A stretch of 58,792 bases of DNA from Actinomycetota bacterium. Lineage in GTDB: Bacteria > Actinomycetota > Thermoleophilia > Solirubrobacterales > Thermoleophilaceae. Numbering within the stretch: position 1 is the stretch's first letter; every line of letters starts with the position of its first letter. The position numbers were made by a program, and so were the translations under genes. Shown here piece after piece: positions 53,826-58,792 of the stretch. The stretch is from contig JBKPFJ010000006.1 in the NCBI GenBank assembly GCA_046728795.1, positions 1 to 58,792 on the forward strand, written 5' to 3'. The notes below the pieces were generated by a model. The model saw only the letters and a program-made list of their open reading frames with translations. It made no database searches and had not been told where the DNA came from.

Positions 53826-55086
53826 CGAAGAAGACGAGCGGAGGGAGCAGCACGACGAGCCCGCGGTAGATCCAAATCTGCGTCGGATAGTCGAGGCCGA
53901 GGAAGACGTAGGTGCGGTCGGCGGAGCCGGCGAAGAAGACCGCCAAGACCCAGGAGAGGAAGGCGGCCCCAAAGGCGGTGCGGCCGGGAGCGTCGCGCGG
54001 GCGGTCGAGCGCGTTGTGGAAGGAGTGATCGCCGGTGATCCGCCGCTCGGCCCAGGGAAAGAGGGCGAGCACGATCAGCACGATCAGGGGAAACAGGGCG
54101 CCGCCCCAAAACGGGTTCGGTACGACGGTGTAGTCGCCGATGGTGATGTCGAAGCCCGGCACGAGGCGGAGGGCGCCGATCAGCCAGCCGAGGTACCAGT
54201 CGGGCTGCGCCCCGTTCGTGCCTTGGGAGAGCTCGTACGGCCCCCACTGCCAGATCGGGTTGATCTGCACGAGGCCCCCGAGCAGGAACAGCACGGCGGC
54301 CACGCCGAAGAGGAGCCCCAGGGACCGGGGCGCCTGGCCGGGGAAGGTGGGCACCCCGAGCACCCTGCTCTCGCTCCGCCTGCCGGCGCGCCGGAACTGG
54401 GTGTGGTGTCGCAGCGCCACGAGGGCGAGGTGCACCGAGATCAGCACCCCGATCAGGACGGGGAGGATCAGCACGTGCATGATGTACATGCGGGACTCGA
54501 ACGACGGGTCGCCCGGATATGGCGCACCCCAGATGCCGAGGGCCAGGTTGCTGCCGACGAAAGGCAAGGACAGCGCCACCGCGTAGCCGATGGCGAGGCC
54601 CATGCCGGATAGGAGATCGTCCACCATCGAGTAGCCGAGGTAGCCCTCGAGCAGCGACGTGAAGAGCATCAGGAGCCCCACGACCCAGATCAGCTCTCGC
54701 GGCTTCCGGAAGGCGCCCGTGAAGAAGACACGCAGCAGGTGGAGCACGATCGAGGCCACGAACACGTCGGCCGCCCAGTGGTGGGTCTGGCGGATGAGGA
54801 GGCCGGCCTTCACCTCGAATGAGATGTCCACGACCGAGCGGTAGGCCTCGCTCATCTGGAGGTTCTGGAGTGGCTCGTAGGCGCCGCGGTAGGTGGTGTC
54901 CGCCAGGCTCGGCTCGAAGTAGAACGTGAGGTAGATGCCCGTCGCCACGAGCACGATGAACGAGTAGAGCGCCACCTCCCCGAGCAGGAACGACCAGTGG
55001 TCCGGGAACACGTAGCGGAGCGCCTTCTTCAGGAATGGCGCCGTACCGCTCCGGCGGTCGAGGAATCGGATCGTGCGGCCGAGCAT
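53725..55086 (-). CDS. qcrB: cytochrome bc1 complex cytochrome b subunit
   Basis: ATG 55086 overlaps the qcrA stop (ATGA). The protein starts MLGRTIRFLDRRSG...FPDHWSFLLGEVALYSF. Heme-ligand histidines are present (RQTHHWAADVF..IVLHLLRVFF; MHVLILPVL..HLALV). Confidence 0.9.
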   Translation of the reverse strand: MLGRTIRFLDRRSGTAPFLKKALRYVFPDHWSFLLGEVALYSFIVLVATGIYLTFYFEPSLADTTYRGAYEPLQNLQMSEAYRSVVDISFEVKAGLLIRQTHHWAADVFVASIVLHLLRVFFTGAFRKPRELIWVVGLLMLFTSLLEGYLGYSMVDDLLSGMGLAIGYAVALSLPFVGSNLALGIWGAPYPGDPSFESRMYIMHVLILPVLIGVLISVHLALVALRHHTQFRRAGRRSESRVLGVPTFPGQAPRSLGLLFGVAAVLFLLGGLVQINPIWQWGPYELSQGTNGAQPDWYLGWLIGALRLVPGFDITIGDYTVVPNPFWGGALFPLIVLIVLALFPWAERRITGDHSFHNALDRPRDAPGRTAFGAAFLSWVLAVFFAGSADRTYVFLGLDYPTQIWIYRGLVVLLPPLVFFVTRRVCRELQEAERIEHVQEEAEEEARRTVQPA

Positions 55087-56066
55087 CAGCTCGGGCCCTC
55101 CCCGCGCACGCCGGTCCAGGAAGGGCCCACCGGTCCCGAGTAGTTGCCCCCGGCTCGGAGCCCGCCGCCGTCGTCGACCACGAGCGGGAGCTGCGGGAGC
55201 GGGCGCCCGGCCGGCCCGAAGATAACCTCGCCGCCCCTGGCGGGGTCGAAGGTCGAGTAGTGGCAGGGACAGACGAGCGCCGGCCGCGGGGAGGTGGGCG
55301 GGAAGAGCGGCTTGCGGTAGAGCGCCACGGCGCACCCCGCGTGGGTGCAGACCTTGGAGAAGGCGAGGATCCCCTGCGGCGCCCAGCGCGCGCGCTCGGG
55401 CGGGAGCTTCAGCGCGCTCGGGTCGAGGCGCACCACGACCACCGGGGAGCCGATCTCGTCCTTCGGCGCCCCCTCGGGGAAGGCGGTGTAGAAGGTGTCG
55501 CGCGAGATGTCCTCGGCCCGGTAGGGCGCTCCGCTCGTGTCCACGAGCCGCCGGCCGCGCCGCCAGGGCGTGGCGTAGAGGGGGTTCGTGTCGAGAATCG
55601 GGCCGAGCGACAGCGCCGGCGTGATCGCCGCCACGCCGATGGCCGCGCCGGCCGCCCCGCCGGCCCCGAGGAGCAGCCGCTTGCGCGTGATCCGGCTCCC
55701 GCTGTCGCGGACCACCTGCTCGAGCTCCCGCTGCTCCTGGGGGTGTTCGGGCTCGGGGTAGTCCTCCTCGAGCTCCTCGGTGACGACGAGCCGCTTGGCC
55801 GCGACGATCAGCGCGGCTGCCACGCATGCGAAGCACAGTCCCAGCGCGAGCCCGAGCAGCTGGGTCTGGTCCGCGAGGTCGTCGAAGGCGTAGACCACCG
55901 TGAACGCGGCGGCCAGAAGCGCGGCGCAGACGAGCAGGGCCACCACGGCGTTCTCGGCCCCGCGGCTCGGGGGTCCGGCGGGCACGATCCGCTCGGGCGG
56001 CTCCGGCCGCCTGCGGCGGCGGAAGACGCCGAGCAGGATGGCCAGCAGCGTGAGCAGCCGCCTCAC
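55086..56066 (-). CDS. qcrA: cytochrome bc1 complex Rieske iron-sulfur subunit
   Basis: GTG 56066 overlaps the qcrC stop (GTGA). It has N-terminal TM helices and the Rieske boxes CTHAGC and CPCHYS. Confidence 0.9.
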   Translation of the reverse strand: MRRLLTLLAILLGVFRRRRRPEPPERIVPAGPPSRGAENAVVALLVCAALLAAAFTVVYAFDDLADQTQLLGLALGLCFACVAAALIVAAKRLVVTEELEEDYPEPEHPQEQRELEQVVRDSGSRITRKRLLLGAGGAAGAAIGVAAITPALSLGPILDTNPLYATPWRRGRRLVDTSGAPYRAEDISRDTFYTAFPEGAPKDEIGSPVVVVRLDPSALKLPPERARWAPQGILAFSKVCTHAGCAVALYRKPLFPPTSPRPALVCPCHYSTFDPARGGEVIFGPAGRPLPQLPLVVDDGGGLRAGGNYSGPVGPSWTGVRGEGPS

Positions 56067-56848
56067 GTGCGCCGCCTCTGGCCGACGACGAGGCAGAGCA
56101 TCACGAACGCGGTGGCGGCCACGAACCAGGCGACCATCCCCTCGGGAATCGGCCCGACGTTCCCGATCCCCCAGCCGCCCCGGTCGTCGGGATGCTTCGC
56201 GCGCTCGACATAGGCGATGATCGAGTTCAGCTCGGCGTTCGAGATGTCCTTCTCGGAGAAGCGGGGCATGAGGTAGGGGCCGAGGCGTACCGCCTCCGCC
56301 ACCTCGACCGGGGTTGCGTCGGCGAGCGCAGGCACGCGTGCGCCCGTGACGACGCCCCCGCGCGCCACAACCTGGTGGCAGCCGGCGCAATGCTCGGTGA
56401 AGAGGCTGAGGCCCTCGTGCAGATCGCCGTCCTCGGGGCGCGGGTGCGGAATGGGGCGCCCCCTGCCGAGCGAGGCGACGTAGGCGGTCAGCGCCCTTAT
56501 CTCGCGCGGGCTGAACAGCGGCTTCCTTCGCTCCGGCGCCTCGTAGGGATCGCCGAGCGGCATCCTGCCGGTGCGCAGGTAGAAGTCGGCCGCGAGCGCC
56601 CCCACGCCGCGGAGCGGCGGGCCGAGGCCCTCGGTGCCCCCCGCGCCGAGCTGTCGGTTCCCGGGCAGCACCCCGCGCCCGGCGGTGCCGTGGCAGGTCA
56701 CGCAGTTGCCGGCGAAGAGCTGGCGGCCCAGGTCGCGGAGGGGGATTCCGCGCTCGTCCGACGGCCGCACGATCCCCTCCTTCGGCTGGGCCAGTGCGGG
56801 GGAGGCCAGAAGGAGGAAGGCGAGGGCGGTGAGCGCGGCGCGCCTCAT
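56063..56848 (-). CDS. qcrC: cytochrome bc1 complex diheme cytochrome c subunit
   Basis: ATG 56848 gives MRRAALTALAFLLLASPALA (signal peptide). It has two CxxCH motifs (CVTCH, CAGCH) and a C-terminal TM anchor. Confidence 0.9.
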   Translation of the reverse strand: MRRAALTALAFLLLASPALAQPKEGIVRPSDERGIPLRDLGRQLFAGNCVTCHGTAGRGVLPGNRQLGAGGTEGLGPPLRGVGALAADFYLRTGRMPLGDPYEAPERRKPLFSPREIRALTAYVASLGRGRPIPHPRPEDGDLHEGLSLFTEHCAGCHQVVARGGVVTGARVPALADATPVEVAEAVRLGPYLMPRFSEKDISNAELNSIIAYVERAKHPDDRGGWGIGNVGPIPEGMVAWFVAATAFVMLCLVVGQRRRT

Positions 56849-57198
56849 CCCTGTAGGCAGTCCGTCAGAAGCACCGAGCTCAGCCCGCTCATCAGCATCA
56901 TCGCCAGGAAGAGCGGACCGATGGCGAGCCCGACCACGGACAGGAAGTGGACGCGCGAGGCCGGCGGCTCGGCGTCTCCCGCGCCGCGCGTGGTGCGGAA
57001 GACGGAGATGGCCGACAGCTCCGCGAGGACCGCCGTGGCGACGCCGGCCGCGGTCACGATCACGGTGAGCAGATTCACGGGCGCGCTGGTGCCGCCCTCG
57101 CTGCAGTCCGCGAGCGTGAACGCGACGCCCGCCACGTGCTGGACGGTCCATGCAACGGGAGCGCCGAGCAGCCCGAACCAGACCCGGAACGGGCTCAC
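56845..57198 (-). CDS. small integral membrane protein of unknown function inside the cta-qcr operon
   Basis: GTG 57198 overlaps the ctaE stop (GTGA), and its own stop overlaps the qcrC ATG (ATGA). The 117-aa protein has 3-4 hydrophobic helices (FRVWFGLLGAPVAWTV, VNLLTVIVTAAGVATAVLA, FLSVVGLAIGPLFLAMMLM). Confidence 0.55.
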   Translation of the reverse strand: MSPFRVWFGLLGAPVAWTVQHVAGVAFTLADCSEGGTSAPVNLLTVIVTAAGVATAVLAELSAISVFRTTRGAGDAEPPASRVHFLSVVGLAIGPLFLAMMLMSGLSSVLLTDCLQG

Positions 57199-57815
57199 AG
57201 CGACGGCGAGAGCTGGGTCAGCACGACCAGGACCGCCATGGCGTTTACGAAGTACCAGTAGATCGCGACGGCGCGGACGCCGATCACGCGGTAGTTCGTG
57301 AGGCCGCCGAGCAGCTTGACGAGCAGCCCGAGCTCGAGCAGCAGCCCGATGACCACGTGCACGTGGTGAAGCCCGAGCAGGGTGAAGTAGATGGAGCCGT
57401 AGGCAGTGTCGCGCGGGCTGAACTCGCCGAGGTCGCGCTTGAACAGGATGATCTGCACCGCCAGGTAGCCGGCCTGGACGAGCAGGGCGAGCAGGATCAT
57501 GCGGAAGGCGGTCCCGGCCTCGCCCCGTCGAGCGGCCCGCACGGCGAGGAGGGCGGGGACGCTCGTGAGCACCAGTGCGCCGGTGAGCGCCAGGGGCAGC
57601 GCGACGTCCGGCGGCTCGATTCCCGGCGGCGGCCAGGAGGTGGCGTCGAAGCGCAGGTAGTAGTACGAGGCGAGTACCGTCCCGAACAGGGCCGTCTCCG
57701 TGGCCACTAGCAGGGCGATGCCCCACACGCCGCTCGGGAGCGCCTTGCGCCGGCGCGCCGCGTACGCCGCCGCCACCGCGGAGGTGGCCTCGGTGCTGCG
57801 CGTGACCTCGTTCAT
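57195..57815 (-). CDS. ctaE: cytochrome c oxidase subunit III
   Basis: ATG 57815 overlaps the ctaD stop (ATGA). Motifs: GIALLVATETALFG, YFTLLGLHHVHVVIGL, IYWYFVNAMAVL. Confidence 0.9.
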   Translation of the reverse strand: MNEVTRSTEATSAVAAAYAARRRKALPSGVWGIALLVATETALFGTVLASYYYLRFDATSWPPPGIEPPDVALPLALTGALVLTSVPALLAVRAARRGEAGTAFRMILLALLVQAGYLAVQIILFKRDLGEFSPRDTAYGSIYFTLLGLHHVHVVIGLLLELGLLVKLLGGLTNYRVIGVRAVAIYWYFVNAMAVLVVLTQLSPSL

Positions 57816-58792
57816 GCCTCCTGCGGTTCCCTCATGTGCCAGCCGAACAGGACGAGGGCGGCGAGCGCGCCGAAGGCCCCCGCCGTCACCCAATGTCCGA
57901 GGAGGAGCATCGTGAACACCGCGGCGAGCGCGGCGGCGAGCAGCACCGGGATCCAGGACTCGGAGGGCATCTCGACGATCTCGTCCCACTCGGCGTCGAG
58001 CACCGTCGAGGCCGGCGTCTCGTGGCCGGCCTGGAGCGTCATCTCGCCGCGCTCGAGGCGGCGCGCGTCGGCCTCGCGATCCGCGCGGTCCCACATGGCA
58101 TAGGGGCTCGTGACACGCGGGATGACCGGATAGTTGTAGGCGGGTGGGGGAGAGGTCGTTGACCATTCGAGCGTGTCCCCGCCCCAGGGGTCGGTCCCCG
58201 CGCGCGCTCCCCGAAAGAGGCTGACCGCGAGGTTCACCATGATCAGGACCAGACCCGCGCCGAGCACGTATGCCCCGATCGACTCGAGGAAGTTGAGGAA
58301 GCTCCACCCGAGCCCGGACGGGTAGGTGTATTGGCGACGCGGCATCCCGAGCAGGCCCACGATGTGCATCGGGAAGAAGGTCACGGCCGTGCCGGCGAAG
58401 GTGAGCCAGAAGCTCAGCTTCCCCACGCCCTCGTGGTACATGCGGCCCGTGACCTTCGGGAACCAGTAGTAGAGCCCGCCGAGGATCGGGAACACCGCCG
58501 CCCCGAAGATCACGAAGTGGAAGTGGGCGACGACGAAGTAGGTGTCCGTGGTCTGTTGGTCGAAGGGGATCGCCGCGAACATGATCCCGGTGAGTCCGCC
58601 CATGATGAAGAAGACGATGAAGCCCACGATGAACAGGAGCGGCGTCTTGAACCGCGGCGTGCCCGTGAAGATCGTCGTGATCCAGGCGAACAGCTGGATG
58701 CCGCTCGGGATGACGATGATCAGGCTCGCGGCGGCGAAGTAGATCGTCGTGGCCGTCGGCAGGCCGACGGCGAACATGTGGTGCGCCCACAC
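57812..58792 (-). CDS. ctaD: cytochrome c oxidase subunit I, 5' end outside window
   Basis: Open to the window edge. Motifs: WAHHMF, HFHFVIFG, YYWFPKVTG, MPRRQYTY. Confidence 0.95.
   Translation of the reverse strand: MWAHHMFAVGLPTATTIYFAAASLIIVIPSGIQLFAWITTIFTGTPRFKTPLLFIVGFIVFFIMGGLTGIMFAAIPFDQQTTDTYFVVAHFHFVIFGAAVFPILGGLYYWFPKVTGRMYHEGVGKLSFWLTFAGTAVTFFPMHIVGLLGMPRRQYTYPSGLGWSFLNFLESIGAYVLGAGLVLIMVNLAVSLFRGARAGTDPWGGDTLEWSTTSPPPAYNYPVIPRVTSPYAMWDRADREADARRLERGEMTLQAGHETPASTVLDAEWDEIVEMPSESWIPVLLAAALAAVFTMLLLGHWVTAGAFGALAALVLFGWHMREPQEA

Noticed and set aside
1-58792. CRISPR arrays, IS elements or transposases, integrases, toxin-antitoxin pairs and known defence systems.
   Set aside because: I found no repeat-spacer periodicity, no transposase or integrase-like translation in any listed ORF, and no recognisable defence gene. 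The window looks like core chromosome.

Overview
This is a high-GC, gene-dense chromosomal window of actinobacterial type. The delta-60 repeat remnant, Ser/Gly-rich tails and qcrCAB genes suggest a Thermoleophilia/Solirubrobacterales-like organism, but that is only a guess. All domain calls come from reading motifs in the supplied translations; no database search was run. Where the longest ORF runs into a neighbouring gene I re-derived the start by arithmetic from the ORF track.

I count about 65 protein genes, one tmRNA, two decayed genes, and no CRISPR array, IS element or prophage. Gene content from left to right:
- Small detox/stress enzymes and an MFS pump.
- ftsH and a GGDEF cyclase.
- nadC-nrtR-nadA, with a palindromic operator.
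- A membrane-tethered ECF sigma factor.
- ftsE-ftsX, an antisense DivIVA-like gene, an S41 peptidase, RNase R, smpB and ssrA (tmRNA).
- Peptidases and a UdgX-type uracil-DNA protein.
- GntR, Leu/Val dehydrogenase and a fused 2-oxoacid:ferredoxin oxidoreductase.
- An F420-type redox gene pair and a group-2 sigma factor.
- Two HAD hydrolases and a bacterial eRF1/Vms1-like protein.
- MarR with a DrrAB-like ABC exporter.
- A SigB/F/G-type sigma factor divergent from a BON-domain gene.
- A selenocysteine formate dehydrogenase operon: in-frame UGA plus SECIS hairpin, with an NrfD-type membrane subunit.
- An uncharacterised CDGSH / heme-oxygenase-like diiron / YbdK ligase / HemK2 methyltransferase cluster next to a P450 remnant.
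- A translationally coupled ctaD-ctaE-orf-qcrC-qcrA-qcrB respiratory operon.

The items most worth follow-up are the Sec-FDH with its unusual operon architecture, the CDGSH/HDO/GCS2/MTase cluster, the baeRF (eRF1-like) gene, UdgX, the tmRNA (tag ANSKHEFSLAA, odd T-loop, a gene starting 7 nt after its 3' end) and the membrane-anchored sigma factor.
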